Part shown: positions 41,710 to 51,685 of the stretch, piece after piece
How positions within the stretch are numbered: the stretch's first letter is position 1
Layout: each line of letters starts with the position of its first letter
NCBI GenBank assembly: GCA_963848305.1
Contig: CAWKDC010000001.1
Span: forward strand, 512,001-576,000
From: an uncultured Gammaproteobacteria bacterium
GTDB lineage: Bacteria; Pseudomonadota; Gammaproteobacteria; JABCZS01
Reading direction: 5' to 3'
Length of the DNA: 64,000 nucleotides
The notes under the pieces: model-generated
Told to the model about the DNA's origin: nothing
Database searches by the model: none
What the model saw: the letters and a program-made list of their open reading frames with translations, nothing else
Translations under genes and position numbers: made by a program

Positions 41710-42447
41710 TTAAAAATAAATGTTGAAGCCAACACCCAATTGCAAGGCACTTGGATTAAAGCTGAGCTCTCCCACGGGCACCAATATAATTGTACTCTGA
41801 TAATTCTCATTGATGAGCGATATTTCTTTGTCTTGATACCAAGTATAAGCCACTTGGCCATCAACACCGATATGGTCTGTCACAAACAGCTCCATGCCCA
41901 ACCCCAAGCGCAAACCAGGTAAGAAAAATTTGTCTTCTTGGGATACCTGAGCACTGTAATCGGGTATCTCGATATTAAAATAGTTGGTGCTCAACTTATA
42001 CTGAGTATAAACTGAACCTACCGTCAAATATCCTAGAAAATTTTCCAGAAAAAGATAACCTTGTTTAAATTGACCACCTAAACTATATGAGGCCTCAGCA
42101 GTTTGTATGAAAAAATCTGACTCATCAACTACGGCGATCCCGATGGCTTCGTCATGTATAAAATATAAATCATTAGGCTGCCCAATCAATTCAAGGGCAG
42201 TGAAAAAACGATCCCGCCAGCCCCAGCGCACATAGGTACCAAAACGTCCCATGGCACTAAAATCCCAACCTGTGTCATCATAATTCACGTTAGACACGTT
42301 GAAAGGCTTCTCAAAAGTAAGATCAGATTGTAAATGCCACAGAGTGCCGGTCGCATCAATGCCAGCATAAAAGCCATAGCGGTCTATCGCTTGAGCAGGA
42401 GAAAACCAGAAACCAAAGAGTAAAGTTGATAAAACTAATTTTTTCAT
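41710..42447 (-). CDS. Outer-membrane beta-barrel protein
   Basis: Signal peptide, GFYAG, GLRLGLGME, alternating beta pattern, C-terminal GVGFNIYF. Confidence 0.75.
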   Translation of the reverse strand: MKKLVLSTLLFGFWFSPAQAIDRYGFYAGIDATGTLWHLQSDLTFEKPFNVSNVNYDDTGWDFSAMGRFGTYVRWGWRDRFFTALELIGQPNDLYFIHDEAIGIAVVDESDFFIQTAEASYSLGGQFKQGYLFLENFLGYLTVGSVYTQYKLSTNYFNIEIPDYSAQVSQEDKFFLPGLRLGLGMELFVTDHIGVDGQVAYTWYQDKEISLINENYQSTIILVPVGELSFNPSALQLGVGFNIYF

Positions 42448-42513
42448 CGCAAATCCTTTTGCTGGGACAAACCTTGGGTGAAATTATAACACATGATATG
42501 CTACAATTCCTGT

Positions 42514-43206
42514 ATGGAAACCAAGACACTGATACAGATTATCTTGCTACTGTCTGCAGGGAGGGTGCTTGCTGTATTCTCCCTAGAAGCCTTTTGTAAA
42601 ACAAGCTGGGCCAAAGCTTGGCAGATTTACCCTGTGCGCCCCATCCCCCATCGGCGCCTTGAAGTGTTGATGTACATCACCGGTGTCATGATAGAAGCTG
42701 GGCTCTTAATATTGACCTTACAATACTCGGTGATCACATTTCATTCACCTTCTCTCTGGGGCATTCCTGTACTGATACTGTCGTTTGCGTTGATCGTTGA
42801 ACCCATTTACTATGGTTACCATCGTTTGTTACACACGAAATGGCTGTATAAACACTACCACATCCACCACCATAGAACCACCGTGCCTAAACCTTTGTCA
42901 GGGTTTTATTTTACACTGACAGAGCGTCTCTCCTACACAGCGTTGTTCGTGCTGCCTATTTATATATTATCATCCTTTCAGTTACTGTCCATTCCTTTAT
43001 TATTTTTTTATGTCATCGGGTTTGATATCATCAATGCATTGGGACATACCAACGTTAAAATATTTTCAGACAAATATGAACAATCGATCACACATTTATT
43101 TTTTTATTCGCCGCGTTTTCATGGTGATCACCACAAATATTTTCGCACCAATTACTCATTATTCATGCCGATTTGGGATAAGTTGTTTAAAACCTATCGT
43201 TCATAA
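42514..43206 (+). CDS. Sterol desaturase/fatty acid hydroxylase-superfamily membrane enzyme, CER1/CER3 N-terminal-domain-like
   Basis: His boxes HRLLH, HIHHH, LGH, FHGDHH; EPIYY, FDIINALGHTNVKIFS and FRTNYSLFMP recall plant CER1/CER3. Confidence 0.85.
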   Translation: METKTLIQIILLLSAGRVLAVFSLEAFCKTSWAKAWQIYPVRPIPHRRLEVLMYITGVMIEAGLLILTLQYSVITFHSPSLWGIPVLILSFALIVEPIYYGYHRLLHTKWLYKHYHIHHHRTTVPKPLSGFYFTLTERLSYTALFVLPIYILSSFQLLSIPLLFFYVIGFDIINALGHTNVKIFSDKYEQSITHLFFYSPRFHGDHHKYFRTNYSLFMPIWDKLFKTYRS

Positions 43207-44262
43207 AATGCTTTATCGATATAATTTAATGTTTTTTCCAATAATTCACTGACATTCATGCAAGTCAGCTGATACTGCGTTAAACAGTGTTGAGTATATT
43301 CATTTGAAAACTGTGGGTTCTGAGACATATACGATTGATAAGGTGCCTGCGGCCTGTACAATGTATCGCCCTTGTCGGGTCAACGAAAAAAATTGCTTTA
43401 CAATATCCCAAGTCCAAGGAGGGATGATGATCGTCTTCAAATGATATATCTGTTTAAATAGGCGAAGTTCTTCCCCCACAGTCATTTCATGTCCCAGTCC
43501 ACAGGTTAAATGAAACACATGTCCGATAGCCGTTGAATCCATTAACAAATAAAACATAGCCTGGGCAACATAATCTACCCCGACCATGTCTAATCGACAA
43601 TCAGTATTGCAGGGGAAAAACTTGGGTTGACATTTTTTCACCACTTGCACCAGCGGGAAAATAACATTGCTGCGTGTCACCACGCCCGTCTGACTGTTCC
43701 CTAAAATAATAGAGGGACGAAAAATGATCACGGGTAATGTACCTTTAACCGCATGAACAAGCGCTTCTGCTGCAAATTTTGTCGATTCATAATGATTTTT
43801 AAACCCATGATCCGCGGTAAGATCGTTTTCAGTCACCACGCCCCGACATTTTCCTGCAACATATGCCGTGCTGACATGTCCATACACGTGAAAAGTTGGA
43901 TTCAACGTGTGGCAGGTCTTCGCAAAGTTCAACACGTTTTTCGTGCCCGTCACATTGATTTTTTCGAGTATTGCCTTTGGTTTTTCAAATTGAACCATGG
44001 CTGCGGTATGAACAACATGTGTTATTTTTTGAGCCAGTTCTTTGTATGCCTCATCGGTCAAACCCAGGTTATCTTGAGTGATATCTCCCCGAATAATACA
44101 AACCCGCTCATCTTTGAGTAGACGTCGCTCTGCTGATATGTTTCCTTGATCACGAACCAAACAGTAACATTGCGCAAAAGGATCCCGCTCTAATACGGTG
44201 CGCAGGAATTCACCACCTAAAAAGCCAGTAGCACCCGTGATAAAATAGTGATGAGTTGGCAT
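43194..44262 (-). CDS. Fatty acyl-CoA reductase/thioester reductase-like extended SDR (probable frameshift near 43347)
   Basis: TGATGFLG, NVTGT, VSTAYV, YESTK, RPSII. The ORF track stops at 43300, but an alternative frame (APYQSYMSQNPQF…LEKTLNY…ER*, stop 43194) gives the expected C-terminus. Confidence 0.85.
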
Positions 44263-44270
44263 GAACAGCC

Positions 44271-47200
44271 CTATTGTTTAAGAAGCCAGATATACAAAAC
44301 AGGGACAACACCCAATGTGAGTACTGTCGCGACAGTCAAGCCGAAAGCGATGACGCATGCCATGCCGTACCACATGTCACCACCGAAAAGAATCAAAGGC
44401 ACCAACCCCAAAACGGTGGTTAATGATGTCATGAGGATTGGACGGAAACGACGCATACAAGCAGTCACTATCGCTTGATGAGGTGATTGGCCCGCGCGCA
44501 ACTCTTCATCTGCCTGATCGATCAGCACAATGGCGTTGTTCACCAAAATGCCGCCCAGTGACATGAACCCCAGGATCGCAACAAACCCAAATGTTGCCTT
44601 CATCAAAACCAAGCCTAGCACACCCCCAATCATTAACAAGGGCAATGTTAAAAACACAATGCCCGCTCGCTTGACCGAATTGAATTGCCAAGTTAATAAA
44701 ATGAAACCAAGCACCAAACACAGCGGTAAATACGCAAACAAAGCACGTTGCGCTTTGACAGAATCTTCCACTTCGCCGCCCCATGCATAATGATACCCCG
44801 CTGGCAATGAGGCCTTCTTCAGTAAAGGCAACATCTCATCGCGCAATTCAACGGCATACATATTGGGATTGCGCGCACTGACAGTGATTGTATGTTCAAA
44901 ATTCCGGCGCTTTAATTGTCCGAATTTCCATGCGGGCACAAATTGGGCAATTTGTAATAACGGCACACTTTTACCTGTCGCATTAGAATAAACATTAACG
45001 GTACGAAGATTGTCAATTTCCCCTCGCTCGGTACCCTGGGCACGCAATACCACAGGAATGATCTTGTCATGTTCGTAATAATCGGTGACGGCATATCCTG
45101 AATAAAATGCATTGAGAGATAAGGCCACATCCACCGGTGTCATGGCATTCCGACCGGCTTGAGTGGCATCGATGTCGACAAAAACAGTCGCTGTTTTATT
45201 CCCCCAATCATCTTCAATGGACACGGTGCCTGGAATACTTTGAAAAAGCCCTTTCGCTTGATCGGCTAAAGCGTACAACACATTGGGATCAGTACCGCTG
45301 ATCCGCAATTGCACCACACCTGTTTCAGAAGGACCCAAAAATAATTTTTTCACATCCGCATTAGCATCGGGTAAATTTTCAAGCACGTAGCGTTGTGTTT
45401 TTTTGATCAAAGCATCAACCTCGTTGATATCTTTGACATCAACCAACACGAATGCACGGTGTGGGTCTGGATCAAACGGAGATAATGACAAAAAGAAACG
45501 TGGACCGCCTTCACCGACATAAGCTACCGTATCGAGGACATCTGGATTTTCTTTTTTATCCAATAACCAATTGTTTAATGTTTGAACGACTTTTTCAGTT
45601 TGTTTGATGCTAGCGCCACGCGCTAAGTCCAAATAAATTGTATATTGCGCACGATCAGAGGGTGGAAAAAATTGCCGCGGCACCGTTTTCATCAACAAAA
45701 ATGACAATGCAAACATCACTCCCATCGTCATCATAAACACTTTTGCATGTGCCAACACCCACTCAAGCGCCGTGTGATAAATCGTATAAAAACGCGTGGG
45801 ATGTGTGATCGAATCTTCTTCAAAGCCTGTATCTGGAACGCGCATGAAATAAAAACATGCCAATGGTACAATTGTCACAGCGAGAAACCACGAACCTAAT
45901 AAAGTGATACTGACGACTTGCGAGATCGCGTATGTGTATTCTCCGGCACGGTGCTCAGCCAGCATGAGGGGTAAAAAAGCCAATATGGTAGTGAGTGATG
46001 AAGTTAATAATGGGATCAATAAACTGTCGCCTGAATGAATGCAGGCATCCATTCGGGGTTCACCGCGTTGCAAACGAGTCCTAATATCTTCTGCAACAAC
46101 AATGCCATTATCGACCAACAATCCGAGTGAAATGATCAATGCTGCAATGGATACACGGTGCAACGGAATTCCCAACACATACATGACAATCAAGGTGACT
46201 AATAACGTTAATGGAACGTTCAAACCGACAATCAAACCCGTGCGCAAACCTAAAAAGATAATGACGACACCCAACACAATCGCCAAGGTTTGGTACAAAT
46301 TCCCAGTGAATTCGCCCATGCTGGCAGCCACCCAATCCCCTTGAAACGTGGCAAATGCCAATTGATATCCAATCGGCAGCTGTGCTTCGATATTTTTTAC
46401 TGAATCGACAAGACGGTCGCTCAGTTCTAATATATTCATGCCTTCTGTCATGGATATCGCAATCATGATGGCTGGGCGATTGTTCCACAACGCTGCCGTT
46501 TTAGGCGGATCCTGATATTCACGTGTCACATCGACAACATCTCGCAAATAGAACACATGGCCATTGGATGGATTGGTGATTTGTAAATCACCTATATCTT
46601 CAAGTGTCATGAAGTGACCCGACGGCTCAATGACCAATGTTCTGTCCATCACTTCCATTTTGCCACCTGGCAATAATGTATTGGAAGCTCGCAAAGTCTG
46701 AACCAATACCTGCGGTGATATTCCATATTCTGCCAATCGGGCATTGGAAAAATTCAAATAGATGGTTTCATCTTCAACGCCATATAAGGTGACTTTTTTA
46801 ATCCCTTTGATATTGTACAAACTGCGTCGAATATCCAATGCCGTATCGTGCATTTGTGCGGGCGTAAAGCCATCACTGGTCAATGCAATCGTTGCCACGG
46901 TTACATCGCCGTAATCATCATTGACAAACGGCCCTTTCACGCCTGCCGGCAAAGTGTTACTCACAGACTCTACTTTATTGCGCAATTCATCCCAAATCGG
47001 TTGCAAATCAAAATAACGATCGTAGACCGTCACGTGAATGATAGACATATCTGTTCGAGAAGAGGAGCGGATATATTCGACTTCAGGAATTTCACGAATT
47101 TTTTCTTCAAGCGGACGCGTGACCAAATCTTCAATACGCTCTGCTGACATCCCAGGATAAAACGTTGTGACCACGGCTTCACGGATTGTGAAGGAGGGAT

Positions 47201-47309
47201 CTTCTTGGCTGGGAAAATGCCAGTAGGCCCAAATACCCAAGACCAAAGTCAGCACTAAGACGACTGAAAAAAGCGCGGTATTTTTTAACGCGAACCGGGT
47301 GAGTGTCAT
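44271..47309 (-). CDS. RND efflux permease (AcrB/AcrD/AcrF family)
   Basis: EDP.FTIR, GLLVDNGIVVAE, GGPRFFL, GILVNNAIVLID, RFRPILMTSLTTVLG; start ATG 47309. Confidence 0.96.
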   Translation of the reverse strand: MTLTRFALKNTALFSVVLVLTLVLGIWAYWHFPSQEDPSFTIREAVVTTFYPGMSAERIEDLVTRPLEEKIREIPEVEYIRSSSRTDMSIIHVTVYDRYFDLQPIWDELRNKVESVSNTLPAGVKGPFVNDDYGDVTVATIALTSDGFTPAQMHDTALDIRRSLYNIKGIKKVTLYGVEDETIYLNFSNARLAEYGISPQVLVQTLRASNTLLPGGKMEVMDRTLVIEPSGHFMTLEDIGDLQITNPSNGHVFYLRDVVDVTREYQDPPKTAALWNNRPAIMIAISMTEGMNILELSDRLVDSVKNIEAQLPIGYQLAFATFQGDWVAASMGEFTGNLYQTLAIVLGVVIIFLGLRTGLIVGLNVPLTLLVTLIVMYVLGIPLHRVSIAALIISLGLLVDNGIVVAEDIRTRLQRGEPRMDACIHSGDSLLIPLLTSSLTTILAFLPLMLAEHRAGEYTYAISQVVSITLLGSWFLAVTIVPLACFYFMRVPDTGFEEDSITHPTRFYTIYHTALEWVLAHAKVFMMTMGVMFALSFLLMKTVPRQFFPPSDRAQYTIYLDLARGASIKQTEKVVQTLNNWLLDKKENPDVLDTVAYVGEGGPRFFLSLSPFDPDPHRAFVLVDVKDINEVDALIKKTQRYVLENLPDANADVKKLFLGPSETGVVQLRISGTDPNVLYALADQAKGLFQSIPGTVSIEDDWGNKTATVFVDIDATQAGRNAMTPVDVALSLNAFYSGYAVTDYYEHDKIIPVVLRAQGTERGEIDNLRTVNVYSNATGKSVPLLQIAQFVPAWKFGQLKRRNFEHTITVSARNPNMYAVELRDEMLPLLKKASLPAGYHYAWGGEVEDSVKAQRALFAYLPLCLVLGFILLTWQFNSVKRAGIVFLTLPLLMIGGVLGLVLMKATFGFVAILGFMSLGGILVNNAIVLIDQADEELRAGQSPHQAIVTACMRRFRPILMTSLTTVLGLVPLILFGGDMWYGMACVIAFGLTVATVLTLGVVPVLYIWLLKQ

Positions 47310-47310
47310 A

Positions 47311-48378
47311 TCAATGCCCTTTGTATAAAGTGACTGATTGGCCGTCAGTGAGGAAATGCACGCCCGCTGTGGCGATAATATCACCGGGTTGCAAACCAGC
47401 AGTCACCTCGACACTGTTGGCGCGAATATCTTTTACAGATACTAGTGTTTTTTTCACAGTTTCTGATTCGGGGTGATAGACAAACACATACGCTTGGCCT
47501 GCATTATCAGCAGGAGCCATGGCTGACGCGGGGATCAAATAACTCTGCGCACCAGATTCGCCCCCCCATTCAAACCACACTTCAGCAGTCAAACCGGGGT
47601 ACAACCCTTCCGTCTGATTCACTTTGATTTTAGTCACAAAAGCATTACCTTCTTCTGTGGAAGCAGCCAATTCAACGACTTCACCGCTGCGACGCTCTTG
47701 ATTAATACTGGGAAATAATACTTGAACAGGAGATCCGAGTTTGACAGCCTGACGCAAACTTTCAGGCAAGGCCACAGAGACTTCAAAACCTTCTTTGCCC
47801 AATAAACGGAATAATGCTTGCCCCGCCACCACATTCATGCCCGCATCGACTTGGCGTGCAGCAATATCCCCCATAAAGGGGGCTTTCAAGACGGTATGTT
47901 CTACATCACGCAAAGCCAACGCTTCTTTTGCATTGGCAGCCTCGAGGTTTTGTTGCGCTGCTTCATATTCGGCAGTGGCGGCATCCATCATGGTTTTGGC
48001 AATAAATTTCTTTTCAAATAACGTCAACTTGGCGTCATAATCCGCTTTTTTTTGCGCCAAAACCGCGCTGGCTTTCGTGACTTCCGCTTTTGCTGCATCC
48101 ACATTCAATTGATAAGGTTTACTGTCCAATGTGGCTAATATTTGACCCGCTTGAACTGTGTCACCCGAAACCACGTACACGGATGCCACGTGCCCAGCAA
48201 CTTGAAACGATAATTCGGCTTCTTGACCAGCCTCAACCACCCCTGAAATACGGCGCATTTGTCCTTTCCCAGGTTCAGAGACTTCGATATATTGAATGGC
48301 ACGACGGGGAATATCTTTTTCTGATTTTCCACAAGATAATAATAAAAGAATAATAAACGGAAATATCCATTTCTTCAT
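47311..48378 (-). CDS. RND periplasmic adaptor (MFP) lipoprotein
   Basis: Lipobox LLSC, LSFQVAG…GDTV..GQILATLD, LKAPF.G, GLQPGD…AGVH.L. Confidence 0.95.
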   Translation of the reverse strand: MKKWIFPFIILLLLSCGKSEKDIPRRAIQYIEVSEPGKGQMRRISGVVEAGQEAELSFQVAGHVASVYVVSGDTVQAGQILATLDSKPYQLNVDAAKAEVTKASAVLAQKKADYDAKLTLFEKKFIAKTMMDAATAEYEAAQQNLEAANAKEALALRDVEHTVLKAPFMGDIAARQVDAGMNVVAGQALFRLLGKEGFEVSVALPESLRQAVKLGSPVQVLFPSINQERRSGEVVELAASTEEGNAFVTKIKVNQTEGLYPGLTAEVWFEWGGESGAQSYLIPASAMAPADNAGQAYVFVYHPESETVKKTLVSVKDIRANSVEVTAGLQPGDIIATAGVHFLTDGQSVTLYKGH

Positions 48379-48398
48379 GATGCGCAACCCGCTGCAGT

Positions 48399-48818
48399 TT
48401 AGGAGACTACGTGCAGTTTCACTGAAGATGACAAAAAAGTCAATCGTCCTTGCGCATTCACGTAAAATCTGACGATATCACTCAGCTCACCTAAGGGTTT
48501 GAAACACATTTTCAAATCATTGCGATGTGCAGGATGATTGATTTTAACACCAGACTGTTCCAATGCTTTGGCCAAGCGTGCGAGGATCAACGCATTGTCC
48601 GCTTCGGGATTGATGCGCACATGGTTGAACTCGAATAATCGTCCTGTCAACATTTTGACAGGATCGGTGATGTGTCGCAAACGATTTTGTGAAAGTGATT
48701 CGATACACCCACATTCGACGACTTCTAACCCAGGTCCAAGGACAAACTCGTAAAAAGTGGCACTCACTTCTTCCGTCAGCAGGGTTGAATTTATGACTAG
48801 TTCAGTTGCTTGTTTCAT
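48399..48818 (-). CDS. Hypothetical protein
   Basis: 139-aa ORF with RBS GAGGGGG, filling the gap between nadE and the MFP gene; no motif recognised. Confidence 0.6.
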   Translation of the reverse strand: MKQATELVINSTLLTEEVSATFYEFVLGPGLEVVECGCIESLSQNRLRHITDPVKMLTGRLFEFNHVRINPEADNALILARLAKALEQSGVKINHPAHRNDLKMCFKPLGELSDIVRFYVNAQGRLTFLSSSVKLHVVS

Positions 48819-48863
48819 ACCCCCTCTTATCGGGAAGGGGAAACGAAACTTTAGGTTCCGCCT

Positions 48864-50450
48864 TTATCCTTTGAACCCATTCGTCATGGCATAGCGTCTA
48901 TCCCGCCCAAATGCCAATGTGGTGACTTTAGGGCCAGGAGGCGCTTGTTGGCGTTTGTATTCGTTTCGATACAACATATTGATAATCCTTGAAATATCAA
49001 TGTCGAGGTCGCTGGCAGCGACTATCTCAGAGAGATCTTCTCCGCCCTCAATATGCGCTTTTAAAATGGCATCCAAAACTGGATAAGGCGGCAAGTCATC
49101 GACATCTTCCTGATCCGGCGCCAATTCAGCGCTGGGCGGACGGGTGATCACGACATCTGGAATGATGGGTGAAACGCCATTACGATAACGCACTAAACGA
49201 TAAACATCTGTCTTATAGACATCCTTCAATGGTGCAAAGCCACCGCACATATCCCCATACAACGTGGTGTAGCCCACCGCAAATTCACTCTTATTGCCCG
49301 TGCTGATCAGCATGGCACCGATTTGGTTCGATACCCCCATCATCAGCATCCCGCGTGCACGGGACTGAATATTTTGTAGGGTAATGGATGACAGATCACC
49401 CAAAGCAGAGGATAATGCCCCATTCACCGCGCTGACTACCGTGTCAATAGGCACAATTTTCAGAGGAATACCCAGGGTATCACATTGTGCTTGTGCACCC
49501 TTCAAACTGATATCGCGCGAATAGATCGAGGGCAAATAGATAGGATGAACGGCTGAGGATCCCAATGCATCACTTAAAATCGCCAATGTCAGGGCAGAAT
49601 CAATGCCACCAGACAATCCCAGTACAACGGAGTGAAACCCATTTTTCACACAATAATCACGTGTGGCCAGTACAATCGCACGATACATAAGCTCAGGCGT
49701 GCTCGGTTCTGGCGTGATCGTGCCCATTTCGCCCAATGTGATAGGCCACAAACATGACTCGAACCATGGCGCTTGTGAGATACAGTTGCCTGTTTTGTCG
49801 AATGCACAAGAGCCGCCGTCAAACACCAATTGATCTTGCCCACCGACCAAATTCACATAAACAATGGGATGTTCTAAATAAGCTGCTGCTTCCGCCAAAA
49901 TCTCGTGGCGCAAGCGAGGCTTTTCATCTGAAAAGGGTGAGGCATTGGGGACCAACAACACATCAACCTTTAAACGTTTTACTTTTTCAAGGGTTTCGTT
50001 ATGCCAAATATCCTCACATATCACCACTGCGTAGCGCACTCCTTTCAAAGTGAACATAACATCCTGTGAGCCGGGCTTGAAATAGCGGTATTCATCAAAC
50101 ACTTGGGTATTTGGGAGACACTGCTTGCAATAGCGCGCGATCAGAGATTGGTGATCAAACACGCTCACAGCATTGTACAGTGCGCCATCATGACGATAAG
50201 GGTGCCCCACCACCACCGCAATCCCCGTGGCGGCACGCTCGACTTGAGAAAGCGCTTGATCCACTTCGTCCAAATAAGCTTCACGGTACAAGATATCTTC
50301 CGGCGGATAGCCTGTGAGGGACAATTCAGGGAAGACAATGATGTCTGCGCCAGCTTCTCGAGCAGATGCTATTGCCGCTAAGATGGCGTGCGTGTTCCCG
50401 GCAGTATCGCCCACACAGAAATTGATTTGTGCACACATAATTGTCGTCAT
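48864..50450 (-). CDS. nadE: Glutamine-dependent NAD+ synthetase
   Basis: Nitrilase-like FPELSLTGYPPED and ICEDIW; synthetase LGLSGGIDS, NIQSR.RG, TGNKSE, TLYGD, PPSAEL. Confidence 0.96.
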   Translation of the reverse strand: MTTIMCAQINFCVGDTAGNTHAILAAIASAREAGADIIVFPELSLTGYPPEDILYREAYLDEVDQALSQVERAATGIAVVVGHPYRHDGALYNAVSVFDHQSLIARYCKQCLPNTQVFDEYRYFKPGSQDVMFTLKGVRYAVVICEDIWHNETLEKVKRLKVDVLLVPNASPFSDEKPRLRHEILAEAAAYLEHPIVYVNLVGGQDQLVFDGGSCAFDKTGNCISQAPWFESCLWPITLGEMGTITPEPSTPELMYRAIVLATRDYCVKNGFHSVVLGLSGGIDSALTLAILSDALGSSAVHPIYLPSIYSRDISLKGAQAQCDTLGIPLKIVPIDTVVSAVNGALSSALGDLSSITLQNIQSRARGMLMMGVSNQIGAMLISTGNKSEFAVGYTTLYGDMCGGFAPLKDVYKTDVYRLVRYRNGVSPIIPDVVITRPPSAELAPDQEDVDDLPPYPVLDAILKAHIEGGEDLSEIVAASDLDIDISRIINMLYRNEYKRQQAPPGPKVTTLAFGRDRRYAMTNGFKG

Positions 50451-50535
50451 GATGTAACCATTATGCAACAAGATTAATGATATGGCGAGGATTTTATGGT
50501 AATTTATCCTTTCACAATAACAACAAGGTTAACCG

Positions 50536-50964
50536 ATGCGCGGATTCACACTGCTTGAATGCTTGATCGTCTTGACGATAGGCGCCCTGATGTCTGTCAT
50601 GGCCATCAGCTATTGGGATGGGCTATTGGCGAATAAAGCGGTTCAACAAGATGCCCTTTTATTGGCAGATACGTTTCGAACCAGTCAAATGCAGGCCCTG
50701 GCATCACATCAAACGATTCGCATCGTCATGGATGAGGACTCTCTCAAATTGAGTGGTAAAACCCATCTGATCATCCGCGCCTTTCCTGCACACAAACAAG
50801 GGCAATTCACGTTCACTCCTTATGGCATGACTGATTTTCAAAACGCCAGTATTTATGTTTGTTCTAAAACAAGCCCGATCGCGCGGCATTTGCGGGTGAA
50901 TCAAGCGGGGCGTGTGTTGATTGCAGAAGGCAATGCGTATGATCAGTGTGAGATCAGTTCATGA
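50536..50964 (+). CDS. FimT/GspH-like type IV minor pilin
   Basis: RG/FTLLE prepilin site; C-terminal F.P.G…NASIYVC…VNQAGRV. Confidence 0.85.
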   Translation: MRGFTLLECLIVLTIGALMSVMAISYWDGLLANKAVQQDALLLADTFRTSQMQALASHQTIRIVMDEDSLKLSGKTHLIIRAFPAHKQGQFTFTPYGMTDFQNASIYVCSKTSPIARHLRVNQAGRVLIAEGNAYDQCEISS

Positions 50965-51318
50965 GCATACCGTATTGAGATCATGCTGTTCGTTCGTTTC
51001 GTAGGCATCACAGGGTGCATGTTGACGACGTTCAGCGGGACGCAATAATAAACGATACGTGAATGCCGTCGCCTCCGTTTCTAACACATGCGGGGAAGGC
51101 GCCTCCAGTAAGGTGGCACAAACGTCATAATCTCTGCGCTCTGTATAACAGGCCTCAATCTGAGTTTGTAGACTCAGCAATATCGCAAGCCGTTCTCGTG
51201 CACGGGCTTGTTCGATAAACACACCATAATGGGGCACTGCCTGCTGTACAAGCACGCCGACGATGACTAAAATGATAAGAAGCTCTAAAAAGGTGGAGCC
51301 CTGCGAATGATGTTTCAT
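50959..51318 (-). CDS. PilE-like type IV minor pilin
   Basis: QG/STFLELLIILVIVGVL…AVPHY…AR; QIEACY, YRL, C-terminal Cys pair. Confidence 0.75.
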   Translation of the reverse strand: MKHHSQGSTFLELLIILVIVGVLVQQAVPHYGVFIEQARARERLAILLSLQTQIEACYTERRDYDVCATLLEAPSPHVLETEATAFTYRLLLRPAERRQHAPCDAYETNEQHDLNTVCS

Positions 51319-51383
51319 AAAATGGTACTCATGCTATTATTATGCCCACATCGTAACATATTTAAAGGAATAAGGCTGACCAC

Positions 51384-51629
51384 ATGATAGACATACAAAA
51401 AGCAATGCTTGACCCAACTTCTGTTTTCGCCCATCCTCACGATGTGGTCAACCATCCGGGTTTAACCCGCGAACAAAAAATTGAAATTTTGCGACGCTGG
51501 GCATACGATGCGAAAGAACTTGAAACAGCCACTGATGAAAACATGAACAGTAGCGCCACCACTGAAGATCACCTGGCTGCGATATTGCACGCGCTTCAAG
51601 AATTGGGCGCGGGGTTGATGAAGGGATAA
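51384..51629 (+). CDS. Small conserved hypothetical protein
   Basis: DP..VF.HP.DVV….LTREQKIEILRRWAYDA pattern; RBS AAGG. Confidence 0.75.
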   Translation: MIDIQKAMLDPTSVFAHPHDVVNHPGLTREQKIEILRRWAYDAKELETATDENMNSSATTEDHLAAILHALQELGAGLMKG

Positions 51630-51635
51630 TATTTT

Positions 51636-51685
51636 TGTAGGGGCGCAAGGGCGTTTACCCCGGCTTTCGCCGGGGCGCACCTACA
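51636..51685. repeat. GTAG-family REP palindrome with an internal hairpin; supplies the fadD TAG stop
   Basis: TGTAGGGGCGC…CCCCGGC-TTTC-GCCGGGG-CGCACCTACA. Confidence 0.8.
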
